A DNA stretch of 64,000 nt from Deltaproteobacteria bacterium (GTDB lineage: Bacteria; UBA10199; GCA-002796325; JACPFF01): the NCBI GenBank assembly GCA_016183065.1, contig JACPFF010000006.1, forward strand, positions 107,578-171,577, given 5' to 3'. Positions within the stretch are counted from its first letter, which is position 1. The number at the start of each line of letters is the position of its first letter. Below are positions 10,753 to 20,713 of this stretch, piece by piece. The translations under genes and the position numbers were made by a program. Under the pieces are notes generated by a model, which had not been told where the DNA came from, did not search any database, and saw nothing but the letters and a program-made list of their open reading frames with translations.

Positions 10753-10797
10753 GATTTGCGAGACGGCTGCAAAACAGCGCATACTGTGCAGAGGCCC

Positions 10798-12192
<1,395 letters not shown>

Positions 12193-13005
12193 TTATCCCG
12201 CGGCGACGAGCTGTTCCATGGGGCTGCTGGGACTGGCATGCAGGCGCACCGGCATGCGTCCCGCCAGATAGGCGAGGCGTCCGGCATCAATCGCGTACCG
12301 CATGGCCCGGGCCATGGTGATGGGATCCTCGGCCTCTGCCACCGCCGTATTCATCAAGACGGCCGTGCATCCGAGTTCCATGGCAATGGCCGCATCGGAC
12401 GCCGTTCCCACGCCCGCGTCGACAATGACGGGGATCTGGGCGCGTGCCACGATCAGCCGGATGTTGTGCGGATTCCGCACGCCCTGGCCTGAGCCGATCG
12501 GCGCTGCAAGCGGCATCACGGCCGCGCAGCCCACGTCTTCCAATTTTTTGCAGACGATGGGGTCGTCCGTACAATAGGGGAGGACCGTAAAGCCCTCTTT
12601 CACCAGTGACGCCGCGGCCTCGAGTGTTGCCTCGTTGTCGGGGAAGAGCGTCTCCGGGTCGCCGATCACCTCAATCTTGACGAGCGGGGTGTCGAGCAAC
12701 TCCCGCGCCAGATGGGCGGTGAAGAGCGCGTCCTTCACGCTATAGCACCCGGCGGTATTCGGGAGGATCGTATAGCGAGCCCGATCGAGGTGATGGAGCA
12801 GATTTTCCTCCGGCCGTCCATCGCGCTTGACGCGCCGAATGGCGACCGTGACCATCTCGGTGCCACTCGTCTCCAGGGCCTCGCGCATGTGCTCAAAGGA
12901 CGTATACTTACCTGTGCCAAGAATCAGTCGCGATGCCATGGTGTGACAACCAATGGTATACGTCATCTGCGGCTCCTTTTGTCGGTGTCTCTCTGCTATC
13001 GTCAT
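12193..13005 (-). CDS. thiG: thiazole synthase
   Basis: 270 aa. [10 protein letters not shown] and the later conserved ThiG blocks are present. Start could also be the internal Met at 12966. Confidence 0.9.
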   Translation of the reverse strand: MTIAERHRQKEPQMTYTIGCHTMASRLILGTGKYTSFEHMREALETSGTEMVTVAIRRVKRDGRPEENLLHHLDRARYTILPNTAGCYSVKDALFTAHLARELLDTPLVKIEVIGDPETLFPDNEATLEAAASLVKEGFTVLPYCTDDPIVCKKLEDVGCAAVMPLAAPIGSGQGVRNPHNIRLIVARAQIPVIVDAGVGTASDAAIAMELGCTAVLMNTAVAEAEDPITMARAMRYAIDAGRLAYLAGRMPVRLHASPSSPMEQLVAAG

Positions 13006-13008
13006 GAC

Positions 13009-13209
13009 TTACCCTCCACCAACGGCCTGGACGACCTCAACATGATCCCCGTCGCTGAGACGGACGTCCGCATAGGTTGATCGTGGAATCACGCGATCGT
13101 TAATGGCCACGGCCATATGCCCATACATCCGCACGTGCTCTGCGAGCACCGCGGCCAGCGTTGCGGTGTCAGTGATGTCGAGTGTCCGGTCGTTGAGTGT
13201 GATCTGCAT
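13009..13209 (-). CDS. thiS: sulfur carrier protein ThiS
   Basis: 66 aa ending in VGGG (C-terminal Gly-Gly). Directly upstream of thiG. GGGAGGGA lies before the ATG. Confidence 0.85.
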   Translation of the reverse strand: MQITLNDRTLDITDTATLAAVLAEHVRMYGHMAVAINDRVIPRSTYADVRLSDGDHVEVVQAVGGG

Positions 13210-13212
13210 CGC

Positions 13213-13322
13213 TTCCCTCCCGCCAGTCGTGCTGGCGAGTCCGTCGGATTCAGAGACGGACGCTGGTGTCAGCCAGATCAGGTTCTAAGGGTTTTTCTCA
13301 GCCAGTATTGGCACCCCTAGCG
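13213..13322 (-). promoter_or_regulatory. TPP (THI-box) riboswitch controlling thiS-thiG-thiC
   Basis: Minus strand reads CTAGGGGTGCCAATACTGGCTGAGAAAAACCCTTAGAACCTGATCTGGCTGACACCAGCG. It contains the conserved GGGGUGC, CUGAGA, ACCCUU, GAACCUGAUCUGG and ACCAGCG elements. Two short hairpins and the thiS RBS follow. Confidence 0.85.
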
Positions 13323-13441
13323 ACGTCCACGTGCGTATCAGGGCCTCTCACGACTGTCAATTCTTCTGACCATGGGGGACCTCGAAAAACCGCCCATCTG
13401 CGTTGTTGCCCGCGCACTCGCCGTCTGGCCATGTCGTGGGG

Positions 13442-13522
13442 CCCAGCGCGCACCGCGCGCGAGAGGGGGGGACCCAACGGGCTTTGCCCGTTGGGGGGGC
13501 GACGTGAGCCCCTCCAATAGTC
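13442..13522 (-). repeat. GC-rich mosaic intergenic repeat, copy 1 (core unit, reverse orientation)
   Basis: Reverse complement reads CTATTGGAGGGGCTCACGTCGCCCCCCCAACGGGCAAAGCCCGTTGGGTCCCCCCCCTCTCGCGCGCGGTGCGCGCTGGG. Nearly identical to the units at 41639 and 56444. Starts 8 nt after the MBL hydrolase stop. Confidence 0.85.
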
Positions 13523-13529
13523 GCCCTGT

Positions 13530-14306
13530 TCACGCCGTCATGAACGGCACGTCGAGCCCCTCACCCGGCTCGACAATATGGAGCCGATGCTGCAGATTGC
13601 GCTGTGACGACAATCGTGCGAGGCGCTGGATCTCCCGCCGGCTGCCACCGAGTCCGTGAAAGGTCCCCCAGTGGATCGGCACGGCGTGCGCGGCCTGCAG
13701 GTCACTCATGGCCCGCAACCATTCTTCGGCGTTGATGGGGCGGGCAGGAGAGGCCCAACGCGGGAGAAATCCGCCCAAGGGGAGCAACGCGAGTGCCACA
13801 GGTCCCAGGTGTCCGACTTCGGCAAAGTGGGTGCCATAGCTCGAATCCGCGGCATAATAAAGGGCGTGGGATCCCCACTGGATTCGGTAGCCGTTCACCC
13901 CGCGAAAACGCCAGCCCGGAATCAGTCGTCCCCCATAATGTCGCACGGGAACCGGGGTAATCGTCAGTGTGGCTGTCAGGGGATGGGAGATCCAATGCGC
14001 GACTTCGAGCACGGGATTTTGGATGAACGGATGGAGTGCCGCTGCAGTGCCGGTAGGGACAATCATCGGGACGTCGCGCGGGAAATACTTGAATGCCGAG
14101 ATGTCGAGGTGATCATAATGCGTATGCGTAAGGAGGACCGCTGTGATCGGCGGCAGCATGGCGGGATCGACCGTGAGCGACTTGCATCGCCGCGCCCAGA
14201 GAACGCGGGTGCCAAAATGCGGGTCGGTGAGGAGTGCTTCGCCGGCCATCTCGATCAGGCATGTGGCATGACCAATGTAGGTAATATGTGCCGGTGCATC
14301 CCCCAT
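13530..14306 (-). CDS. MBL-fold metallo-hydrolase
   Basis: C-terminal 258 aa of the 615-aa ORF. Start at MGDAPAHITYIGHATCLIE. Carries the HTHYDH metal-binding motif. The upstream part of the ORF is antisense to alr and was discarded. Confidence 0.8.
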   Translation of the reverse strand: MGDAPAHITYIGHATCLIEMAGEALLTDPHFGTRVLWARRCKSLTVDPAMLPPITAVLLTHTHYDHLDISAFKYFPRDVPMIVPTGTAAALHPFIQNPVLEVAHWISHPLTATLTITPVPVRHYGGRLIPGWRFRGVNGYRIQWGSHALYYAADSSYGTHFAEVGHLGPVALALLPLGGFLPRWASPARPINAEEWLRAMSDLQAAHAVPIHWGTFHGLGGSRREIQRLARLSSQRNLQHRLHIVEPGEGLDVPFMTA

Positions 14307-14417
14307 CGCCGAACGGTTGTATGATTCAGACGTCGCGGATGGCAAGGAGAAAAGGACGACCACAAAAGGAGAAAAGGACGACTTGCACTTGTCTCCCGAC
14401 CGTTCTACAACGTCCCG

Positions 14418-15635
14418 ATGATCGACACCGTCGTGCACACGTCGAACATGGGACACCACCTTCGTCCGACATGGGTCGAAATTCATCAGTCCGCCTTGCA
14501 ACGGAATTTCCACGTGGTGCGTGAGAGTGTGGGCCAGGCGATCGGGATCATCGCCATGGTCAAGGCCGATGCCTATGGGCATGGGGCGGTCCCTGTTGCG
14601 CGCTGGTGTGTGGAGGCTGGTGCAGAGGCCCTGGGCGTTGCCACCTTGGAAGAGGGGATCGAACTGCGCGATGCCGGTCTGACCTGTCCGATTCTCGTCA
14701 TGTGTGGACTCGCAGGACAGGGGGCGGTGGCAGCGGACGTTGCTGTGGCACAGAATTTCACCTGCGTGGTCCATTCCGCAGAGACGCTCCGCCTCTTGGA
14801 CACGGCGGCAAAGCGCCGCAGCAGCGCGGCGTCGGTCCATCTCAAGATCGATACCGGGATGACCCGGATGGGGATGCGACCGGAATCCCTCATGCATCTG
14901 CTCGATGCGCTGGACCAGTCCCCCGCGGTCCGGGTCGCTGGGGTCATGACGCACTTGGCCCACGTGGTGGATCGGGAGAGTACAGCGCGGCAAGTGGCGT
15001 GCTTTACGGAAACGGCGGCGATCATTCGTCGCCATCTCCGCGGCCCCCTCGTGTGGCATCTCGGGAATAGCGCAGCGGTGTTGGAACGCCGTCTTGGACG
15101 GGAGGAGTGGTGTGCCCCGTTTGCCCTGGCCGCCGGGGATCGTTTCGCGGTACGCCCCGGGATTATGCTCTATGGCATTCTCCCGTTTTCCAAATATGCC
15201 GGTGGTACGCCGCTTGCACCGGTCATGTCGCTCAAGAGCCGCTGGATCCTGATCAAGCACGTCCCTGCGGACACGGCTGTGAGTTACAGCGGGACATGGC
15301 GTACGGCACGGCCGTCGCGACTGGCGGTGCTCCCCGTGGGCTATGCCGACGGCTATCCCTGGGGATTGGCCAATCACGGCGTGGTCCTCGCGTGCGGGCG
15401 TCGGCTGCCGGTGGTGGGACGCGTCACCATGGATATGACGATCTGCGATGTCACCGATCTTGCGCAGGCGCGCGTCGGTGACACCGTGACCCTGCTCGGT
15501 GCCGAGGGAAACGATGTGATGACGGCGGAAGAGATGGCCGAGCGGTGCCAGACGATTCCCTACGAGATTGTCTGCCGCATGTCGAAACGGGTCCCGCGCA
15601 TCTATCTCCCTGCTCTGTCATCGGAGGCCCCGTAA
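14418..15635 (+). CDS. alr: alanine racemase
   Basis: VKADAYGHG PLP-lysine motif plus a conserved C-terminal domain. Start may be the Met at 14448. Confidence 0.85.
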   Translation: MIDTVVHTSNMGHHLRPTWVEIHQSALQRNFHVVRESVGQAIGIIAMVKADAYGHGAVPVARWCVEAGAEALGVATLEEGIELRDAGLTCPILVMCGLAGQGAVAADVAVAQNFTCVVHSAETLRLLDTAAKRRSSAASVHLKIDTGMTRMGMRPESLMHLLDALDQSPAVRVAGVMTHLAHVVDRESTARQVACFTETAAIIRRHLRGPLVWHLGNSAAVLERRLGREEWCAPFALAAGDRFAVRPGIMLYGILPFSKYAGGTPLAPVMSLKSRWILIKHVPADTAVSYSGTWRTARPSRLAVLPVGYADGYPWGLANHGVVLACGRRLPVVGRVTMDMTICDVTDLAQARVGDTVTLLGAEGNDVMTAEEMAERCQTIPYEIVCRMSKRVPRIYLPALSSEAP

Positions 15636-16450
15636 TGGAACGGCTGCTGGGCCTGGTGCAACCAGTCGTGACGCCATTGGGCGAGGTCGTTGTCTTGACG
15701 CTCCGGGCCCTCGGACGCTGGTGTCTCTTTGCGCGGGAAGTGATCCGCTGGATGCCGCGACGACCACGGCGGTGGCATCTCTTTTTTGAATCGTGCGAAT
15801 TTGTCGGTGTGCAGTCGACGCCGATTATTGTGCTGACCGGGGTCTTTGTCGGGATGGTTTTTGCCTTGCAAACCGGGAAGGCCTTTGCCCTCTTCAATGC
15901 GGAAAATCTCGTGGGGGCGACCATCGGACTGTCGCTGACGCGGGAGATCGGGCCGGTCTTTACCGCCCTGATGGTCGTGGCACGGGCCTGTTCCTCCATG
16001 GCCGCCCAGATCGGGAGCATGCGCGTCACGGAACAGATCGATGCCCTGGAGACTCTGGCGGTGGATCCCATCCATTATCTGGCGGTGCCCCGGGTCGTGG
16101 CGACCACGATCATGACGCCGCTCCTCACGGCCCTCTTCAATTTTGTCGGCGTCATTGGCGGCTATATGGTCGCGGTCGGCATTCTGCAGATCGACGAGGG
16201 CCCCCTCCTCGATCGGCTCTATCATTATGTGGATATGGAAGACCTGTGGGGCGGTCTCTGCAAGGCCGCGTGCTTTGGATTTCTCATTTCGGTGATCAGT
16301 TGTTACAGTGGCTATACCACGCGGGGCGGCGCCCAGGGCGTTGGGCGGGCGACAACGCGCGCCGTGGTGATTTCCAGCGTCACGATTCTCGTCGTCGATT
16401 ACTTTCTGACCGCGTGGATTCTCGAATTTATTTCACCGCCGAGCATGTGA
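15635..16450 (+). CDS. mlaE: phospholipid/toluene-tolerance ABC transporter permease MlaE
   Basis: MERLLG start at 15635 gives a TAATG overlap with alr. The MlaE-type permease sequence includes REIGPVFTALMVVARACSSMAAQIGSMRVTEQIDAL. Confidence 0.85.
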   Translation: MERLLGLVQPVVTPLGEVVVLTLRALGRWCLFAREVIRWMPRRPRRWHLFFESCEFVGVQSTPIIVLTGVFVGMVFALQTGKAFALFNAENLVGATIGLSLTREIGPVFTALMVVARACSSMAAQIGSMRVTEQIDALETLAVDPIHYLAVPRVVATTIMTPLLTALFNFVGVIGGYMVAVGILQIDEGPLLDRLYHYVDMEDLWGGLCKAACFGFLISVISCYSGYTTRGGAQGVGRATTRAVVISSVTILVVDYFLTAWILEFISPPSM

Positions 16451-17217
16451 TGATCGAACTGGCAGAGGTCCATAAATCGTTTGGCCGGCAACATGTGTTG
16501 CGCGGGGTCACTCTGACCATTCCGCCGGGAAAGATCACCGTCATTATCGGGCCGAGCGGGACCGGCAAATCGGTCACCTTGCGTCATATGATCGGGCTGA
16601 CGCAGCCCGATCGTGGACGGGTGCTCGTGGACGGCATCAATGTCGCCACCCTCGATCGTCGTGGCCTGACGCAATTCCGCCGCCGGTTTGGCATGGTCTT
16701 TCAACATGCGGCACTCTTTGATTCCATGACGGTCTATGAGAACCTCGCGTTTCCACTCCGGGAAGATGGGGGGCATACCGAAGCCGCCATTCGCACGCGC
16801 GTCCGCGAGCGGTTACAGGCGGTGGGACTCTCCGGCATCGAGGAGAAAATGCCGTCGGAACTCTCCGGTGGCATGCGCAAACGGGTTGGCATTGCGCGCG
16901 CCCTGGTGTTGCAACCCGCCATCCTCTTATATGATGAGCCGACCACGGGTCTCGATCCACTCATGACCGATGCTATTGACAAGTTGATCATGGCCATGCA
17001 GCATGAGCGCCCGATCACATCGGTGGTGATCAGTCACGATGTGGAATCGACCTTTCGTATTGCCGATCAGATTGCGATGTTGAGCGGGGGGCGCATTGTG
17101 GAGGCCGGCGCGCCGGAGACTTTTCGGCGGTCGGGCCATCCGATCGTCCGCCGGTTTTTGGAAGGCCGGAGCGAGGGGACGCCCGGCGATCCCGCGATTG
17201 ATGAAACCATGAGATAG
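16450..17217 (+). CDS. mlaF: ABC transporter ATP-binding protein MlaF
   Basis: Start MIELAEV gives a TGATG overlap with mlaE. Walker A GPSGTGKS, signature LSGGMRKR, Walker B LLYDEPT. Confidence 0.9.
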   Translation: MIELAEVHKSFGRQHVLRGVTLTIPPGKITVIIGPSGTGKSVTLRHMIGLTQPDRGRVLVDGINVATLDRRGLTQFRRRFGMVFQHAALFDSMTVYENLAFPLREDGGHTEAAIRTRVRERLQAVGLSGIEEKMPSELSGGMRKRVGIARALVLQPAILLYDEPTTGLDPLMTDAIDKLIMAMQHERPITSVVISHDVESTFRIADQIAMLSGGRIVEAGAPETFRRSGHPIVRRFLEGRSEGTPGDPAIDETMR

Positions 17218-17232
17218 TGCTACGAGGGGCGC

Positions 17233-18606
17233 ATGCGGCATTGGCAGATTGAGGCAAAAGTCGGACTCTTTGCGGCAATTATCCTCATCATTGTGGCATT
17301 CTCGACCATTCGGATCAGTGAGGGGCCACTCTTTTTTGGCGGGGGCTATACCGTCTCCGTGGTGGTGGAGAGTGCGTTGGGGATCGACAACAAGACGAAG
17401 GTCGAGATTGCCGGAATCCGCGTCGGCCAAATCGAGGGTGTCCGTCTGGCCGAGGATGGCCGTCGCGCAATCGTCACCATCCATATCGATCGCAGTGACC
17501 TCCGGTTGCCCGAGGGGACCAAGGCGGTCGTACGTGCCAAGGGATTTCTTGGCGATACCTTTGTCGAGTTGGTGCCGGGGGACTCTGCCGACCATATTGC
17601 CCCGGGCGGGACCCTTGCATTTGGGGGTGTCGGTGGCGATGTCAACATGATGATCAGCCGGTTTAACGAGATTGCCGACGATATGAAGGTCGTGAGTGGG
17701 GTCATTCGCGAGATGATCGAGGCCGAAGATGCCCCCATTCGGAGTACCGTCGCCAACATGGAACAGTTCACCAAAACCATGAAGGATCTGGTGGAACGGA
17801 ACGAGCGGAATATCAACCGGATCACGGAAAACTTTGCGGTCTTGAGCGAACAATTGCGCTCCACGGTGGCCGAAGCGCGGCGCGATGCGGTGGAGTCCTT
17901 CTCCAATGTGGCGAGCATTACGCGCAAGATTGACGAGGGCGAAGGGACCGTCGGTCGATTGATCAACGACGAATCGACGGTCAACAAGGTCAACGACACG
18001 CTCGACTCGGTCAATGAGGCCATAGGGGGTTTTCGCACGCTGGAGACGGAACTCGGCTATCACTCGGAGTTTCTCGGTTCGACGAAAGATTTCAAACACT
18101 ACATCCACTTCGATCTCTGGCCGCGCCCTGACCAGGCCTTTCTCTTCGAGTTTGTGGAAGATCGGTCCCCCTCCGCCAATCGCGTGACGCGGACCACGAC
18201 CGTGACGTCCGGGGCGGCGACATCCACCGTGACCGCCGATACCGAGACCGTTGAGCGGAACCGCTTTCGTGTGTCCGCGCAGCTCGCCAAGAAGTTGTAC
18301 GACTTTACGCTGCGCGGCGGGATCATCGAATCCCGCGGCGGCGTGGGGCTCGATTATGACAAGGGTCCGGTGCGACTCTCCGCGAGTGCCTTTGATTTCA
18401 ATACGCAGCAGGGGAACAAGCCGCACCTGAAGTTGGCCGGGACGGTCCGGGTGACGCCTGCCATCTACCTCACGGGCGGTGCCGATGACCCGCTCAATCC
18501 CAATCAAAAGACCGATTGGTTTGTCGGCGCCGGGTTGCGTCTCCGTGACGACGATATCAAGTCACTCCTGAGCGCTGGGGGACTGGGAGCGGCCTTGCGA
18601 CGATGA
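17233..18606 (+). CDS. mlaD: MCE/MlaD family protein with long C-terminal extension
   Basis: N-terminal TM anchor plus an MCE domain (VEIAGIRVGQIEGVRL). About 190 extra C-terminal residues show alternating beta-like patterning. Confidence 0.75.
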   Translation: MRHWQIEAKVGLFAAIILIIVAFSTIRISEGPLFFGGGYTVSVVVESALGIDNKTKVEIAGIRVGQIEGVRLAEDGRRAIVTIHIDRSDLRLPEGTKAVVRAKGFLGDTFVELVPGDSADHIAPGGTLAFGGVGGDVNMMISRFNEIADDMKVVSGVIREMIEAEDAPIRSTVANMEQFTKTMKDLVERNERNINRITENFAVLSEQLRSTVAEARRDAVESFSNVASITRKIDEGEGTVGRLINDESTVNKVNDTLDSVNEAIGGFRTLETELGYHSEFLGSTKDFKHYIHFDLWPRPDQAFLFEFVEDRSPSANRVTRTTTVTSGAATSTVTADTETVERNRFRVSAQLAKKLYDFTLRGGIIESRGGVGLDYDKGPVRLSASAFDFNTQQGNKPHLKLAGTVRVTPAIYLTGGADDPLNPNQKTDWFVGAGLRLRDDDIKSLLSAGGLGAALRR

Positions 18607-20153
18607 TTTCCATCCGACGTGCACTCCTCAGTGTCTCTGACAAAACCGGACTGGGGGAACTGGGGCAGGGCCTCTCGGGCTTCGGCGTCGAACTCCTGGC
18701 GAGTGGGGGGACCGCGAGAACCTTACGCGATGCGGGATGTGCGGTCACCGAGGTGAGTGCATACACCGGGGCCTCCGAGATGCTGGGGGGACGCGTCAAG
18801 ACCCTCCATCCGAAGATTCATGGCGGTATTCTGGCGCGACGGCATGAGCCGGCAGACATGGCCGATCTTGCCGCCCACCAGATGGCACCGATCGATCTGG
18901 TCGTTGTCAACCTCTATCCATTTGAAGCCACCGTGGCGCGGGCTGGGACGACCCTTGAAGAGGCGATTGAGCAGATTGATATCGGCGGTCCGACACTTTT
19001 GCGGGCAGCGGCAAAAAATTTTCACGATGTCGTGGTACTCTCTGATTCTGCAGACTATGCGGAGTTGCTTGTCCAACTCCGCAACAACCGGGGGAGCATC
19101 GACCGACAGACGAGTCGTCGTCTGGCAGAGAAGGTTTTTGTGCGTGTCACCGCCTACGATGCCGCCATCAGTCATTATCTCGAACAGACGAGCGCCGGCC
19201 CGTTTCCGCAAGTCATGAGCGCGCAGTATCAGAAAGTCCTCGATCTGCGGTATGGAGAGAACCCCCATCAACAGGCGGCATGGTATCAGGTGGCAGGTGA
19301 GCCGCTCACCATCGGAGCGGCCATCCAGGGAAAACCACTCTCCTATAATAACCTCCTCGACATCGATGCCGCCATGGGTCTTGCACTCGACCTTCGTCCC
19401 CATCCTTTTGCCGCAGTCATTGTGAAACATGGGAATCCGTGCGGTGTCGGGGTGTCGACATCCTCCCTGCGCGAGGCCTTTCTCAAGGCGCGGGCCGGGG
19501 ACCCGGTATCGGCGTTTGGCGGCATTTTCGCCACATCGCAGCCGATCGATGGAGAGACCGCGGAGAGGATCGGGGAGACTTTCTTCGAGGTGGTGGTGGC
19601 TCCGGCGTTTTGTGATGAAGCGCGCACGATCTTTGCGAAGAAACAGAACCTTCGAGTGATTCCCATGCAGCCTGATGTGCAAGAGGTCATGCGTGTGCGG
19701 AGTGTGTGCGGGGGGCGTCTGGTGCAAACGGGGGATCGCGAATCGACAATGCCGGATCGCTGGACGGTCGTGACCGCGCGCACACCGACGGCCGAGGAGA
19801 TGGCCGCCCTTCGGTTTGCGTGGATCGTGGGAAAGCACACGCATTCGAATGCCATTGTTTTTGCCACTACCGATCGGACCCTCGGTGTCGGTGCCGGCCA
19901 GATGTCGCGGATCGATTCGGTGAAGATTGCCGAGATGAAAATGCGTGAGCATGGACATCGGGAGAGACGGCCATGCGTAGCCGCGTCCGACGCTTTTTTC
20001 CCGTTTCGCGATGGGATCGATGCGATTGCCGCTGCTGGCGTTACGGCGATTATCCAGCCCGGGGGCTCCGTGCGCGATGCCGAGGTCGTCGCAGCGGCAA
20101 ACGAGGCGGGTGTCGCGATGGTCGTCACGGGGGTGCGGCATTTCAGGCATTAA
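18603..20153 (+). CDS. purH: bifunctional AICAR transformylase / IMP cyclohydrolase
   Basis: 516 aa. The N-terminus (ALLSVSDKTGL...GGRVKTLHPKIHGGILARR) is classic PurH. Confidence 0.9.
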   Translation: MISIRRALLSVSDKTGLGELGQGLSGFGVELLASGGTARTLRDAGCAVTEVSAYTGASEMLGGRVKTLHPKIHGGILARRHEPADMADLAAHQMAPIDLVVVNLYPFEATVARAGTTLEEAIEQIDIGGPTLLRAAAKNFHDVVVLSDSADYAELLVQLRNNRGSIDRQTSRRLAEKVFVRVTAYDAAISHYLEQTSAGPFPQVMSAQYQKVLDLRYGENPHQQAAWYQVAGEPLTIGAAIQGKPLSYNNLLDIDAAMGLALDLRPHPFAAVIVKHGNPCGVGVSTSSLREAFLKARAGDPVSAFGGIFATSQPIDGETAERIGETFFEVVVAPAFCDEARTIFAKKQNLRVIPMQPDVQEVMRVRSVCGGRLVQTGDRESTMPDRWTVVTARTPTAEEMAALRFAWIVGKHTHSNAIVFATTDRTLGVGAGQMSRIDSVKIAEMKMREHGHRERRPCVAASDAFFPFRDGIDAIAAAGVTAIIQPGGSVRDAEVVAAANEAGVAMVVTGVRHFRH

Positions 20154-20174
20154 CCGCATCACAGGAGATGACCC

Positions 20175-20513
20175 ATGAAACGACGAAAGCGACCGCCTTC
20201 CTCCCTGACCGCCGTGGGAACGTTGCTTGAGCAGGTGCTGGGAGGGAAACCACGGACGGCGCAAAAGATTCGGCAGCACGCGTTGTGGCCCATCTGGGAA
20301 CAAGTGGTTGGTTCACAGATTGCCGCCCATGCACAGCCCGTCCGGATGCAGGGGACGGTCCTCATCCTTGCGGTGTCCAGCCCCTCCTGGGTCCAGGAAT
20401 TGACCATGATGCGGAGAGAGCTTTTGGCAAAGATCCATGAGCAGATCGATCCGCTCTTGATGACCGATATCCGCTGCGAATTGCGGTGGAGCACGAAGCC
20501 GATCGGTCCGTGA
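20175..20513 (+). CDS. DUF721 (DciA-like) domain protein
   Basis: 112 aa. The pattern WPIWEQVVGSQIAAHAQPVRMQGTVLILAVSSPSWVQEL is typical of DUF721. Confidence 0.65.
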   Translation: MKRRKRPPSSLTAVGTLLEQVLGGKPRTAQKIRQHALWPIWEQVVGSQIAAHAQPVRMQGTVLILAVSSPSWVQELTMMRRELLAKIHEQIDPLLMTDIRCELRWSTKPIGP

Positions 20514-20713
20514 ATTGAAGTCTCACAGGGAATGGACGGTAAAGTATACTGTGAGGGCTATAAAAAGAGTCCTACAAGGCATTGAAAATGAATGGCATTT
20601 TTTTTCATTGCCCCTGGAGTCCTTCTTCGCATATTTCCTTGGCTGTCAACGCAACTCTTGAACGGATTTGACGATAACTCGGCAACAGATGATGCACGAT
20701 GAAAGGATGTCCC

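Noticed and set aside
13530-15377. 615-aa ORF on the minus strand
   Set aside because: Only the C-terminal 258 aa (from the Met at 14306) look like a protein (MBL-fold hydrolase). The N-terminal roughly 357 aa are antisense to the clearly real alr gene and have an Arg/His/Pro-rich nonsense composition.
15793-16449. N-terminal 219-aa extension of the mlaF ORF
   Set aside because: It overlaps mlaE in another frame. The MlaF sequence begins at MIELAEV (16450) with a TGATG junction.
16927-18507. 526-aa antisense ORF opposite mlaF/mlaD. Similar long ORFs lie at 18723-20303, 24683-26140, 21362-22792, 33073-34464, 3316-4632, 29568-30839, 54212-55432, 53017-54075, 59938-60876 and 61356-62453.
   Set aside because: Each lies opposite a confidently identified gene in the codon-phased antisense frame. 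Such frames stay open when TTA/CTA/TCA codons are rare. The translations are Arg/Gly/His/Pro-rich and carry no motifs.
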